Positions 1 through 10,221 of a stretch of 64,000 nt of DNA are shown here, piece after piece. This stretch comes from a virus. Its lineage: Duplodnaviria; Caudoviricetes. Location of the stretch: the IMG/VR virus record IMGVR_UViG_3300043409_003117, positions 947 to 64,946 of that record, one strand, 5' to 3'. The notes below the pieces were generated by a model. That model ran no database searches. It saw only the letters and a program-made list of their open reading frames with translations, and was not told the DNA's origin. The position numbers and the translations under genes were made by a program. Positions within the stretch are counted from its first letter, which is position 1; every line of letters starts with the position of its first letter.

Positions 1-108
1 GGTAGCATTAACCAACAGGTTGTGTTTAACCGTAAAAAGAATCCAGCTTATGCAAAAAAGATGGAAAAGGTTAGAGCTGAAGTAAAACGTCAACTTGGTA
101 AAAAATAA
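1..108 (+). CDS. 3' end of a basic hypothetical protein (truncated by window edge)
   Basis: Frame 1 is open from base 1: GSINQQVVFNRKKNPAYAKKMEKVRAEVKRQLGKK, TAA at 106-108; next ATG at 115. Confidence 0.7.
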   Translation, partial: GSINQQVVFNRKKNPAYAKKMEKVRAEVKRQLGKK

Positions 109-114
109 TAACCT

Positions 115-390
115 ATGAGTCTGCCATTTCAAGAAACCGAGCTAGACAGTACAACCTCGATCAGGGTATTCGGTGCAGATATTGATCCGATTGAGCTTAT
201 GTGGCACAGAGACGATGAGGCCCGCACAATTGAAGCTATTAATTTTACAGATTGGCTCATACAATTAGAGAATTGTTTGCCTTTTGCAATAGATCACTCT
301 ATAAATATTAATAGACATGAATGGCACCGACTAATTAAGGGATCAGGCAGTTTAACCCTAAAAATTATAAAACATAAATATGAAACTTAA
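115..390 (+). CDS. small cupin-like phage protein
   Basis: ELMWHRD...WLIQL...HEWHRLIKG pattern resembles the two His-containing cupin motifs. Confidence 0.55.
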   Translation: MSLPFQETELDSTTSIRVFGADIDPIELMWHRDDEARTIEAINFTDWLIQLENCLPFAIDHSININRHEWHRLIKGSGSLTLKIIKHKYET

Positions 391-757
391 TATTGGCGAT
401 AAGGTTATTTTTCGAGCCAGTGCCGAGGAGCAACAAAATGCACTATTTGAATTAATAGATGGAGCATCAGCTACGGTAACTGAAGTTGACTCGCCAATTT
501 ATGCACCGCATATTAAGTTTGTTGAGATAAAATTAGATGAACCAGTTGAACTTAACGGAGAAATGGTTAAAATGGTTAGTGGCTTAGACCCAGATAATAT
601 TGAAAAATTAGATGCAGTATCTGAATCTAAATTGGCCAGAAATAAAGATAAAAAGTCTTTAAAAATAAAGAAAAAATCGGGCCGTAGGCTAATTTCTGAA
701 TTAAATGAACTTGCTGTCTATAAATTTAGTGATTGGGAATTAACTAAACTGCTTTAA
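380..757 (+). CDS. hypothetical protein (SH3-like N-terminus possible)
   Basis: 125-aa ORF overlapping the upstream stop; starts LNIGDKVIF; TATAAATA at 300-307 upstream. Confidence 0.6.
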   Translation: MKLNIGDKVIFRASAEEQQNALFELIDGASATVTEVDSPIYAPHIKFVEIKLDEPVELNGEMVKMVSGLDPDNIEKLDAVSESKLARNKDKKSLKIKKKSGRRLISELNELAVYKFSDWELTKLL

Positions 758-774
758 ACTAATATAATTAGATA

Positions 775-1338
775 ATGATATACGCAAATTCTTTTAGTCA
801 ATTTAACGAGGCTAATTCAACCGAACCTGAAAAGCCTAGCGAATTATCATGGTATTATGGAATAGCGGACTGTCACGGGCTTGAGTCTTTTATTAAAGAA
901 CCTAAACGTGAGGTATGGACCGAAGTTGACTTTTTTAAGTCGATTGGGGTATCTGATATAGGTTCAGCCGAGTTAGACGATAAAAAAGCATTTAATGGTG
1001 AATTAGGTAGGATGAAGTCGCGGTGTAGAGCAAATATGCAGAAGCACCCGGTTATATACCGAGTGCTAATGGAACCTAAAGATGCTGATATGGTACAAGA
1101 TCAACTAGCCAGGCGTACCGACGAAGGATATATTATGGGACTTAAGATTGTAAAAGCAAAGGCCAAAGGGATTCCCGAATTAATTAGCGGAAGCGGTGAA
1201 AATTCAAAATCACCCAATACAAGACACAGGCCCGAAGAACCTAAAGAGACTCCTGACCAACTTAAAAAGAAATGGGCTATGATTCCAAATCCTGATTTGG
1301 AATTTTCAGAGCCTGATGTGGATCCTATGCACAGGTAA
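775..1338 (+). CDS. hypothetical protein, possible head-internal protein
   Basis: 187-aa ORF; N-terminus ...SFSQFNE resembles a T4 capsid-targeting/cleavage sequence. Confidence 0.6.
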   Translation: MIYANSFSQFNEANSTEPEKPSELSWYYGIADCHGLESFIKEPKREVWTEVDFFKSIGVSDIGSAELDDKKAFNGELGRMKSRCRANMQKHPVIYRVLMEPKDADMVQDQLARRTDEGYIMGLKIVKAKAKGIPELISGSGENSKSPNTRHRPEEPKETPDQLKKKWAMIPNPDLEFSEPDVDPMHR

Positions 1339-1364
1339 CGTGTGGTTATTTCTATATTAATTTT

Positions 1365-1378
1365 TCGCTAATAAATAA
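1365..1378 (+). promoter_or_regulatory. late-promoter-like motif TCGCTAATAAATAA
   Basis: Identical 14-mer at 1365, 23039 and 24896, each 19-37 nt before a + strand ORF; resembles T4 late TATAAATA. Confidence 0.7.
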
Positions 1379-1400
1379 TATTAAATAGCAATTTTAATCT

Positions 1401-3461
1401 ATGTCTTTTTTAGATGCATTAGGCGATTTATTTTCTGGGTCCTATAATAAATTAGGCGGACTTACTGAGGATATTACTGATAAATCACGAGTTGATCAAA
1501 TCTTTAGTGGAATTAATTATTTACAAGCACTATCTAATTTTGATAGAAAGAGCTTACGTACTCATTTAAATAGCGGAGAATTTCAGTATTTTCCGAACAA
1601 TGATCCCCTTAAACAATCTAATAGTCTTGGTAATAAATCACTTCAATCTTCAAGCACTGACTCTATTTTTAATAAATTTTCAATTTTTGCATATCAAAAT
1701 TTTGCGTCAGGTGGTTCATATAAACCTGAATATCATTTTATTGGAGCATATAATTCGGATACTAAATTAAAAGCGGACACGTCTGATACAATTTCGTCTA
1801 AGGTTAATCTAATAGCGGCAGCTAGAGAAATAATGGCAATACGAGATAAGAATAAAACATATGGTGACACTATGGCCTATAAAGCCAGGACAAATAAATC
1901 TGCAGCTATTAGAAGAACCGCTACTACATTAATTAATCCAAATGTTAAAAATATTATTGAATGGGCAAATCAAACCTCAGCAGTTTCAGTAACAGGTTTT
2001 CAGCCGTATGCAATGACAGATTTTATGTTTTGTAGAAATTATGGAAAAATTCCAAACAATCGACTGGTTACACTGAGGCGATATCCATTTCCAATGGATG
2101 ATCAAATAAAAATGCTTCAGAATGGTGTCTATAAAAGCCCAATTCCAATAGCACAAGCCGTAACTTGGTTTGGTGGAGATACGGGCAATGTATTATCATC
2201 AATTGGTGTACAGAATTGGGGTATGAGTTATAAAGAATTAATAACAACAGAGCAAAAGATTGAAGGTAATGAAGTAACGGTAGATTCACTACAAAAACTA
2301 GTTGAAGGGCTTGGTGGTGGTAAAGTTGCAGAAGGAGTGGTTAAAGGTCTTAAAAATATACTGGTTGGCTTTGGAGAATCTGATGCACAGTTGCAACAGC
2401 TGAGTGGAATGGAAGAAAAGTTCCAAGCCTACGCTAGGAATCTATATACAACAGATGGGCCATATTGGAATAGAATTTTTGGGCCGGTTAATGTTGTTGA
2501 TAGAACAATGCAGAGAACTAGAGGAATGCAGGTCGCAACTTATTCAGCCGTATTTACTTTAAATTTCCATTATCAATTTAGATCATTTAATGGACTAAGC
2601 CCAAAGATTGTTGCCCTTGATCTTATTTCAAGCTTTTTAAATTTAACATATAATGATGCCCAATTTTTAGGTCAATTAGCTAGATATTTTCCAAAACTGG
2701 GTTTAAAATTTAACCCAACTATCACTGAGCAAATCGGTAAATTAATACAAACAGCCGGCATGTCATTTAATGCAGATGTAGCTGGGCAATTACTTGCCTT
2801 AATTAAATCAGCAAGCCAATCAATTACAGCAGCTTCATCTTTATCAAGATCTAAAGATCTGGTATCCCGTCTAAAATCAGGATTACAAAACACGGTTCAG
2901 GCAACGGTTATGTCAGTCCTTAAGCCGGCAATGCCTGAGATACTTTCATTTAGATCAGCTCTATCTGATAGACCGGTTGGTGAATGGCACTTAGTGGTAG
3001 GAAATCCAATGAATCCAATTATGGTAATGGGGGATTTACTTTGTAGTAATTGCAAAATGGTATTTGATACAGAAATTGGGCCTGAAGATTTTCCAACTGG
3101 AGTAACTTTTACGGTAAGCTTACAACAAGGTAAACCGCGAGATAAAGTTGCAATTGAAAGAATGTTTAATTTAGGAGAGAGCCAATTAATGAGAAATAAA
3201 TTAAAGGATCCTGCAAGTGCAGCTGATACATTTGGAGAAGAAAATACTAAAAGGTTTGAAGACTTAAAATCTGGTATAGATAAAAAAGACATAGCAAAAA
3301 CCGTTGAGAATAAAAGTTTTCAGCAATATCAAAATAGAGTTAGAAAATCATATGGATATAAGGCAGGTGGCGATTCATCTGGTAAAATTAATCAAAGTAA
3401 CGGCGATGTTAATGATTCATTGTTATATATGTATTTTGATAAATTATTTGATAAGCAATAA
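1401..3461 (+). CDS. putative baseplate/tail-tube-initiator-type virion protein
   Basis: 686 aa; first gene behind a late motif and directly before gp53-like and hub-like genes; function inferred from synteny only. Confidence 0.4.
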   Translation: MSFLDALGDLFSGSYNKLGGLTEDITDKSRVDQIFSGINYLQALSNFDRKSLRTHLNSGEFQYFPNNDPLKQSNSLGNKSLQSSSTDSIFNKFSIFAYQNFASGGSYKPEYHFIGAYNSDTKLKADTSDTISSKVNLIAAAREIMAIRDKNKTYGDTMAYKARTNKSAAIRRTATTLINPNVKNIIEWANQTSAVSVTGFQPYAMTDFMFCRNYGKIPNNRLVTLRRYPFPMDDQIKMLQNGVYKSPIPIAQAVTWFGGDTGNVLSSIGVQNWGMSYKELITTEQKIEGNEVTVDSLQKLVEGLGGGKVAEGVVKGLKNILVGFGESDAQLQQLSGMEEKFQAYARNLYTTDGPYWNRIFGPVNVVDRTMQRTRGMQVATYSAVFTLNFHYQFRSFNGLSPKIVALDLISSFLNLTYNDAQFLGQLARYFPKLGLKFNPTITEQIGKLIQTAGMSFNADVAGQLLALIKSASQSITAASSLSRSKDLVSRLKSGLQNTVQATVMSVLKPAMPEILSFRSALSDRPVGEWHLVVGNPMNPIMVMGDLLCSNCKMVFDTEIGPEDFPTGVTFTVSLQQGKPRDKVAIERMFNLGESQLMRNKLKDPASAADTFGEENTKRFEDLKSGIDKKDIAKTVENKSFQQYQNRVRKSYGYKAGGDSSGKINQSNGDVNDSLLYMYFDKLFDKQ

Positions 3462-3479
3462 AAATATTAATTGTTATAA

Positions 3480-4067
3480 ATGTTAAATTTAAAGACGCTA
3501 TTAAATAAACAGTCATTTACTAAACTAAATGGAGACAAGGTCGTTGATTTGGTTAGGCGATCAGTTTCGTTTTTGGGAATTAGATTAAATTCTGGTATTA
3601 CATATCAAGTAACTGATGAAAGCGCAATGCGAGCAGATCTTATTGCAAACTATTACTATCAAGACTCATCAAACTGTGATTTATTATTAAAATATAATGG
3701 TTATTCCAATCCATTTGCTATAGATATTAATGATGTAATTCGAATACCTGAAACTACAACACTAAGTTCGTATGGAGAACCTGGTTCACTATTAGAGATT
3801 GGAAAACCACGTAAAAAGAAAGCAACCACTGTATTTCAGCCAACTACTAAACAGGATAAACGTAGACTTGCTTTTTTAATTAAAAAGGCTGGAGTTGGAA
3901 CTGCCCCAATTCCTCCAAATATTGCAATTACCAATGGAGTTACTATTTCAAATGGTAAAATTATATTTGGAACAGATGTTACTAATATCAAAAAAGAAGA
4001 CTGCCCAGAACCAATTTCACGAACTAAATTAAAGGAATCACTGCTTAAAAATAAAATAAATAATTAA
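3480..4067 (+). CDS. gp53: baseplate wedge subunit, gp53-like (LysM-like)
   Basis: RADLIANYYYQDSSNCDLLLKYNGYSNPFAIDINDVIRIP matches the gp53/LysM pattern RxDxIAxxxY...W/L...N...NPF...LxIP. Confidence 0.7.
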   Translation: MLNLKTLLNKQSFTKLNGDKVVDLVRRSVSFLGIRLNSGITYQVTDESAMRADLIANYYYQDSSNCDLLLKYNGYSNPFAIDINDVIRIPETTTLSSYGEPGSLLEIGKPRKKKATTVFQPTTKQDKRRLAFLIKKAGVGTAPIPPNIAITNGVTISNGKIIFGTDVTNIKKEDCPEPISRTKLKESLLKNKINN

Positions 4068-4068
4068 A

Positions 4069-5580
4069 GTGGCAATTATTTTAAAAAAGCTTGATCCAAA
4101 AATCCAGCCAAGTCAAATTGAACTTAGAGATCTTGAAAGCCCAGAATCTAAAAATAAAATTACTTCACCTAGTACAGTTGGCTTCAAGCAAAATAGCGGA
4201 CTAGGCGAACCTCTTGTACAAATAGGTAGTATTAGATTAGCTCCTGGCCAAATTAGGTCATTAAAAATTTTACAAGATGAATTTGTTCCACGAATAATAA
4301 TTACGCTTATTGATAGGGATTCAGAATTTAGTGCTGGAAAATTTCCTATTTCAAATATATTAATTAGTGTATTTATAAAATCGGCGGTTAAAAAGCTTAA
4401 AAATTTTTCTTGTGATTTTATAATAACAAATATAAACTCATTTAATATATCAGATAGGGATATTCAATATACATTCACTGGAGATATGCATATTCCAAAA
4501 TTGCATAACAATATATCAAAAGCATTTAACCAAGTTACATCACGTGATGCACTATTACTAATTGCAAATGATTTACAACTTGGATTTTCCGACAATTTAA
4601 CTGAAAATACCAATGATAAAATGACTTGGTTAATTCCAAATTATTCATATAAATCTGCAATTACTCATATTAGTAAACTTGCATATAGTAATGAAACACA
4701 ATTTTTTGAATGTTTTATTGACCGATACTATATGCTAAATTTTATTAATATAGAAAAACAGTTTGAAAAATTAGATGAGGACTTAAACATTGCATATATT
4801 TTAGGGGATTCAAGTAATATAGGCGGAGCTGAACGAGCTAATCCTGATAAAGATTCGCTTGAACCAGCAAGTATGCCATTACAAATTACAAATTATCCAG
4901 GATTTCGTGATACTGAACTTTTTATACTGGAATATTCACTAGTTAGTAATCATGGAGAAATTTTAAAAAATAATTCATTACAGCGAAATTTATATTGGTA
5001 TGATCACGGCGGAAATATTGATAATGAATTAACTAAAACCTCTGACTTAGATTCAGATAATTTTAATGAACAGTTTATTGAGCCGCTAACTGGAAAACAG
5101 GATAATAATGGAACGCTTCCTCAAACAACTAGTGTTTCTGAATTTTTAGATAAAAAAACGGTAATCGGTCAATGGGTTGGAATTGATTATGGAAATGCTC
5201 ATACTCATTATAAATTTTCACAATTAATAAATGATCATAATCATAAAGATATTGAAAAAAATATGCTAAAGGTTAAATTATTTGGATTTAGCCATAATAT
5301 TATTAGAGGAAGTAGGTTAAGGGTTGAAATTTATATTGATCGAGAATCATCTGATATAGCAGAGAGTAACAGACTTGATGATGACTCAACTATTGAGCAA
5401 TCTAATGAAATTTCAGATTATAAAGGAAATACTGAGCAAATATTACGTGATAGCTTTTTATCAGATTCATATTATGTTAAAACAATTAATTATAGTTATA
5501 TGAATGGAATATTTGAAACTGATCTATTATTAACCAAAAGAAATTGGATACCAAGTATTAAAAATAAAATTAAAACCTAA
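4069..5580 (+). CDS. putative baseplate hub protein (gp27-like)
   Basis: 503 aa between gp53-like and gp5-like genes; C-terminal 'LSDSYYVKTINYSY...FETDLLLTKR' is typical of hub proteins. Confidence 0.55.
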   Translation: MAIILKKLDPKIQPSQIELRDLESPESKNKITSPSTVGFKQNSGLGEPLVQIGSIRLAPGQIRSLKILQDEFVPRIIITLIDRDSEFSAGKFPISNILISVFIKSAVKKLKNFSCDFIITNINSFNISDRDIQYTFTGDMHIPKLHNNISKAFNQVTSRDALLLIANDLQLGFSDNLTENTNDKMTWLIPNYSYKSAITHISKLAYSNETQFFECFIDRYYMLNFINIEKQFEKLDEDLNIAYILGDSSNIGGAERANPDKDSLEPASMPLQITNYPGFRDTELFILEYSLVSNHGEILKNNSLQRNLYWYDHGGNIDNELTKTSDLDSDNFNEQFIEPLTGKQDNNGTLPQTTSVSEFLDKKTVIGQWVGIDYGNAHTHYKFSQLINDHNHKDIEKNMLKVKLFGFSHNIIRGSRLRVEIYIDRESSDIAESNRLDDDSTIEQSNEISDYKGNTEQILRDSFLSDSYYVKTINYSYMNGIFETDLLLTKRNWIPSIKNKIKT

Positions 5581-7130
5581 TGGCTACTAATTTAGCAATA
5601 CCAATAAACGGAATTAACCGAAATGATACGTTTATTAAATCAGCAATGGATGATTTACAAGATCCATTATTTTTAACATTTAAACTTGATTTTTTTCCAG
5701 AAAGAGAGTCTTTTCCAAAAGGCGATGGATTATATAGTAGCAGTTTACTTAAACAGCCTGGAGTGTTTGATGCAGTAGATAAAGGCCGGGATCAAGGAGG
5801 TACCGTTGAATATTCTACCCAAGACTGGCTACAACAATATTACGGAACTGACTATTTAAGTGAAAATATTAAACAAGGTCACCCTAATCCATACCTAGCA
5901 CTGTATAAATTTAGAGAAGGACTGCGAGTATTACAAGATATGCCATGGTATTTCCAGTCTATTACTGGAGTTGGAGATCTTTGGAAAAGTGCACATACTG
6001 GAATAACAGATGGATATAAGAAACTGACTAGTGGTGGCTTAACTATTAACTGTTTAGAATCAGTAATGCAGCCACTGACTGACCTAGCTGAAAATTATAG
6101 ATATGCAATGTATGATCAAGACCGATTATCATATAGAGTTCCAGAAAATTTAAGATGGTTTGATTTGGTAATTGATCTGGTTGAAATTAGGGAGATTGTT
6201 GATCGCGGTGGTAATATATTTAAAACAGACCGTAAAGGTAATGTATTAGAGGGAATAAAGGTAATTCAATTTAGGTGTAAAATGTGTGAATTTGACTTTA
6301 GTGATTTCTTAAGTCCGGTTGGGGTAAGTGATTTTTATTCATATACTTCAGATAAACCATTTTATCCAAGTTTTAAAATTAAAGTAGGTTGGGTTAATCA
6401 AGAAGAGGTTAGTTTACAAGATGCCGCTGACCTAAAAACAGTTGGAACATTTTCAGCACTATCAAATATAGTAGGTAACCGAATTAATAGATTTATTCAA
6501 GGTGCAGGCAGATTACCTGGACAATTAATTGGGTCAGTACTTAATCCATTAACCTCAGGTCTTGTAGGTAATGTATTCGGTAATGCATATGAAGGAGTTG
6601 CATCAGATCTTAAAAACATACCAACACGAATAAGACCTGGTGTTAGACCTATTGCAGATAGACCTATTCCATATGATACTGCAATATTAGCTGGATTTGC
6701 TGATGCCTATCCAGATTCTCTTGAAGAAGCTGGTATTATTAAACGTGGACCACCAAATAGATTTAATCCAAATCCGCCTCCTCAAAATATATATGATGCT
6801 GAGATATTAGCTGGAACAGCCGATGTCTATCCAAATTCAAATAGAGAGCCGGTAATTGGGCCTCCAACTGGCAATGCGTATTCTAAACTAACTGAGCCAG
6901 CCGCTGGACCTCCAATTGGCAATGCGTATTCTAGCCTAACTGCAACAGCCGCTGGACCTCCAACTGGAACGGTTTATCCTAATCGAACTGAGCCAGCCGC
7001 TGGACCACCAACTGGAGATGTTTATCCTAATCAAACTGAGCCAGCCGCTGGACCTCCAACTGGAGATGTTTATCCTAATCGAACTGAGCCAGTCGCTGGA
7101 CCGCCAACTGGAACGGTTTATTCTACGTAA
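5580..7130 (+). CDS. putative baseplate/tail-tube-like protein with C-terminal Pro-rich repeats
   Basis: 516 aa in the baseplate operon; PWYFQSITG...LTINCLES core; 16-aa repeats at the C-terminus. Confidence 0.45.
   Translation: MATNLAIPINGINRNDTFIKSAMDDLQDPLFLTFKLDFFPERESFPKGDGLYSSSLLKQPGVFDAVDKGRDQGGTVEYSTQDWLQQYYGTDYLSENIKQGHPNPYLALYKFREGLRVLQDMPWYFQSITGVGDLWKSAHTGITDGYKKLTSGGLTINCLESVMQPLTDLAENYRYAMYDQDRLSYRVPENLRWFDLVIDLVEIREIVDRGGNIFKTDRKGNVLEGIKVIQFRCKMCEFDFSDFLSPVGVSDFYSYTSDKPFYPSFKIKVGWVNQEEVSLQDAADLKTVGTFSALSNIVGNRINRFIQGAGRLPGQLIGSVLNPLTSGLVGNVFGNAYEGVASDLKNIPTRIRPGVRPIADRPIPYDTAILAGFADAYPDSLEEAGIIKRGPPNRFNPNPPPQNIYDAEILAGTADVYPNSNREPVIGPPTGNAYSKLTEPAAGPPIGNAYSSLTATAAGPPTGTVYPNRTEPAAGPPTGDVYPNQTEPAAGPPTGDVYPNRTEPVAGPPTGTVYST
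6840..7127 (+). repeat. 48-bp tandem repeat, 6 copies (xTEPAAGPPTGDVYPN)
   Basis: Repeated actgagccagccgctggacc(t/a)ccaactgga...tttatcctaatc units. Confidence 0.9.
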
Positions 7131-7150
7131 ACAAACTAGTGTTAAATAAT

Positions 7151-7177
7151 AAACCCATTATTAAATTATAGTATAAT
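7151..7177 (+). promoter_or_regulatory. AAACC-N13-TAGTATAAT promoter-like motif
   Basis: Same architecture recurs at 28078, 45393, 45691, 49926 and 56839 on the - strand. Confidence 0.55.
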
Positions 7178-7182
7178 ATTAA

Positions 7183-8001
7183 ATGAATTACCACGAAGCC
7201 CAAGCAACATCAAACACTGATCATAATTTTAATGCCTATTATATAGGAAAAGTCGAGGCAATAGACGATCCTAAATTTGAAGGGCGATGTAAAGTTAAAG
7301 TATTTTCACTATTTGATGATATGGATATTGCTGATTTACCATGGGCAACACCGGCAGCAAAGCCTACAGTTTTTGGACAAGATGCGCGGGCTGGGTCAAT
7401 TTCAATTCCAAAAATAGGTGCAGTAGTTGGTGTTAAATTTAATAATGGAGATATTTATTCTCCAGAATATTCTCAAGTTCAAGAATTAGGCGAGGATATT
7501 AAGGAAGAATTAAAAAAAGGTAATACTCCAGAAACATTTAGAAAAAAATATGAAGGTTCTCATTTTATCCTATTTGATGGTGATGAAGAAATTAAATTTT
7601 GGTTTGACCGAGAAATTGGTTTACAAATGGAACTTAAGCAGTCATTTATTAGAATTGATAATGAAACTTCAAATATTTTAATAGAACATAAAGACAATCA
7701 TTCTCAAATTGGACTAGAAAATACGGTTATTAGAATAGTTGCGGATTCTGAAGTTAGAATAACCGGAACCTCTAAAATTACTGCAACTTCAAAAACCGCT
7801 CATATAAATTCAAAAACAACAATCCTTGGCGCAAGTGGAGTACAGTATAGTGCAGTATTGGGAGAACCTCTTTTTGCAATACTTAAAGTAATGGCTGCAA
7901 CAATTGATGCAAAAGTACCGTCTACGGCTGGAGCACTAAGTTCGGCAGTAGATGCAGCAAAAGTTCAAGTTCTGTCTAGAACAGTAACAATTGGAACTTA
8001 A
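7183..8001 (+). CDS. gp5: baseplate central spike, gp5/VgrG-like (OB fold, no lysozyme domain)
   Basis: YIGKVEAIDDPKFEGRCKVKV...LPWA...PKIGAVVGVKFNNGDIYSPEY is the gp5 N-terminal OB-fold signature. Confidence 0.85.
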   Translation: MNYHEAQATSNTDHNFNAYYIGKVEAIDDPKFEGRCKVKVFSLFDDMDIADLPWATPAAKPTVFGQDARAGSISIPKIGAVVGVKFNNGDIYSPEYSQVQELGEDIKEELKKGNTPETFRKKYEGSHFILFDGDEEIKFWFDREIGLQMELKQSFIRIDNETSNILIEHKDNHSQIGLENTVIRIVADSEVRITGTSKITATSKTAHINSKTTILGASGVQYSAVLGEPLFAILKVMAATIDAKVPSTAGALSSAVDAAKVQVLSRTVTIGT

Positions 8002-8828
8002 GAAACTATCTTAAATTCATTTTCACAAGAAATTAAGGGTGTAGATTTAGTAATTGAGTCTAGATCGCCAAGGTGAGCTCCTTTAAATTGAAGCAGCCCT
8101 GTTAATTTTGCACTGTCAATACTATCAGCCATTTCAGAAAGTTTATTTCGGTCTGGAAAATATCGACTTGATGCTAAATATTTAGATAAGAGGTCAGCCC
8201 TAACCATTTCCATATGATGCATTGAAATTTGACTGCGCTCAAATATTCTAGACTTAAAATATGAATCGTCTATCATTCCGCGAGTAGGGTCAATGCCTGA
8301 AAAAATAAATTGACTTGCATGGTGTCTGGATTGTGAGGTTATTCGATAAATAAATGGAACTCTCCATCTGGCATGACCTCGGTGTAGAGTTGGAGTAACA
8401 TAGTTTATATAGTGAACCGCTGTTGCATCTAAATTAAAAGTTTCAATTTCAGCCTTGGCCCAGCTAAACTCAGAGTCTCTATAAAACTCGTCTGCGTCCA
8501 TTGAAAGGTAATGAGTTGCACCTAATTTAAAGGCAAGTTCAAGACAACCTTGGCGCTTTACTAATTCAAATGACTTTGCCTGTAAAACTTCAGCTGGCGA
8601 AATTAATGAGCTTGGCTTAAAATTTTTAAATTCAATAAGTTCATCAATTAAGCCCAGATTTTGTAGCCTAGTAAGAGTCGGGATAAGTTCAGGATTCGCT
8701 AAGGTTCCTCCCCAAGAGGTGGTTTGATATGAGACTATTATAATATCAACCTGCAATCGGATTGACCGCAGAGAGGCTTCTAGTGTTTCAAGTCCATCAA
8801 ATACTACATATCCTGCTGCAAGTTTCAT
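7998..8828 (-). CDS. GT-A fold glycosyltransferase
   Basis: HYLSMDADEFY DxD motif; GT2-like N-terminus. Confidence 0.75.
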   Translation of the reverse strand: MKLAAGYVVFDGLETLEASLRSIRLQVDIIIVSYQTTSWGGTLANPELIPTLTRLQNLGLIDELIEFKNFKPSSLISPAEVLQAKSFELVKRQGCLELAFKLGATHYLSMDADEFYRDSEFSWAKAEIETFNLDATAVHYINYVTPTLHRGHARWRVPFIYRITSQSRHHASQFIFSGIDPTRGMIDDSYFKSRIFERSQISMHHMEMVRADLLSKYLASSRYFPDRNKLSEMADSIDSAKLTGLLQFKGAHLGDLDSITKSTPLISCENEFKIVS

Positions 8829-8842
8829 GAGTTTAATTTACT

Positions 8843-9577
8843 CTATTCAACGGTTATTGTTTCGCCACTTTGTCTAGCGCCTAATTGGTCGGCAAACACT
8901 GCTTTATATTGTACATATTCTCTAGTAGGATAACACTCTCCATAATTAGAAAACATTAATTGGTATATATGGAAATCTAAAGCCGCAGTCATTGGAGATG
9001 GGTACCAAATATTTTTATCTGTAAAGTTTGATCTTCTAAATGTAACTTGGGTAGAATCACATTTGCCGGCTGGTGCAGTAGGCCCATGGTCTATATTTAG
9101 ACTAACCGTTAACCTAACTTTTTCTATTTTTTGAAAGTCTTCAGTGGCAGTTTCAATTGAACCAGTTGTTGGATTATAGTATTTAACAAATGAATAAGAC
9201 CAGTTAATTGTAGGATTTTCAGTATAGAATTTATCTAATTTATTTAGTCCATCTGATATTAGTGCATCATCATCACACAGAATAACTATAACATCTGCAT
9301 CAGAATTTCTGATTGATTCATTCATAAAATGGCCATGCCTAGATCCGCCAACTGATTTCTTTATTTCGTCAGTATCATAGGTTGGAATATACGTTATTTT
9401 AGAATTATCTAAGCCGGCAGTTAAGAGAGTTTCTTTAAAAGAATCATCCCCAGAATCATCAATAAAATCTACATGCCAATTTTGATATTGTAGATTTTTT
9501 ATACTATTTAAAGCATTAAATACCATTACTGGCCGCTTGTAATAGGCAAGAATGATTAAAAATTTTATATTTTCCAT
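8843..9577 (-). CDS. glycosyltransferase family 2
   Basis: ILAYYKRP...ALNSIKNLQYQNW...IDDSGDD...ILCDDDAL. Confidence 0.85.
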   Translation of the reverse strand: MENIKFLIILAYYKRPVMVFNALNSIKNLQYQNWHVDFIDDSGDDSFKETLLTAGLDNSKITYIPTYDTDEIKKSVGGSRHGHFMNESIRNSDADVIVILCDDDALISDGLNKLDKFYTENPTINWSYSFVKYYNPTTGSIETATEDFQKIEKVRLTVSLNIDHGPTAPAGKCDSTQVTFRRSNFTDKNIWYPSPMTAALDFHIYQLMFSNYGECYPTREYVQYKAVFADQLGARQSGETITVE

Positions 9578-10221
9578 TATAAACCTCCAGTTATTTTTAT
9601 AGTTGAGCCATTAACATACTCCGTATCAATCAAATATTTAATTGTGTTTGCTATTTCTTCAGGTTTACCTAATCTTTTTGCAGGAATAGAGTTCACAATT
9701 GTTTCTATAAAGTCAGGGCTTAATGTATAGGTTAAACCTCCATCCATATAACCTAATTGAATGCAGTTAGCAGTTATACCGGTTGAAGCATTTTCCATAG
9801 ATATGGTTTTAACTAAATTTTCCATATATGCTTTAGATGCAGCATATACCCCGGTGCCCATTACATTACGATCAACTGTTATGCTTGATGCAATTATAAT
9901 TCTTCCAAATCTTTGCTCTCTCATAGATTTTAAAGCTCGAGTAATACTTTGGGTTATACCGGTTATATTGATATTGATTTGTTTTAACAATTGGTTATCC
10001 GTATCATTTGTATATTTATGCATAAACGAATTATAATTGTAATTATTAAAAATAATTAAGACTTCAATATCTTTATTATTTTTAAAGTACGAGTCTATTG
10101 TTTCTAAATTTTCAAAATTAACAAGCTTAGAGCCGACTACATCAATAGTATGTTCAGTTAAGTAATTTTTAACTTGGGATCCAAGACCACTCGTACCACC
10201 AAAGAATGCTATTTTTCTCAT
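9577..10221 (-). CDS. short-chain dehydrogenase/reductase
   Basis: FGGTSGLG Rossmann motif, YAASK catalytic motif, IPAKRLGKPEEIA. Confidence 0.9.
   Translation of the reverse strand: MRKIAFFGGTSGLGSQVKNYLTEHTIDVVGSKLVNFENLETIDSYFKNNKDIEVLIIFNNYNYNSFMHKYTNDTDNQLLKQININITGITQSITRALKSMREQRFGRIIIASSITVDRNVMGTGVYAASKAYMENLVKTISMENASTGITANCIQLGYMDGGLTYTLSPDFIETIVNSIPAKRLGKPEEIANTIKYLIDTEYVNGSTIKITGGL

Noticed and set aside
6840-7127. CRISPR array
   Set aside because: The repeats are contiguous, in frame and lack unique spacers: a coding repeat.
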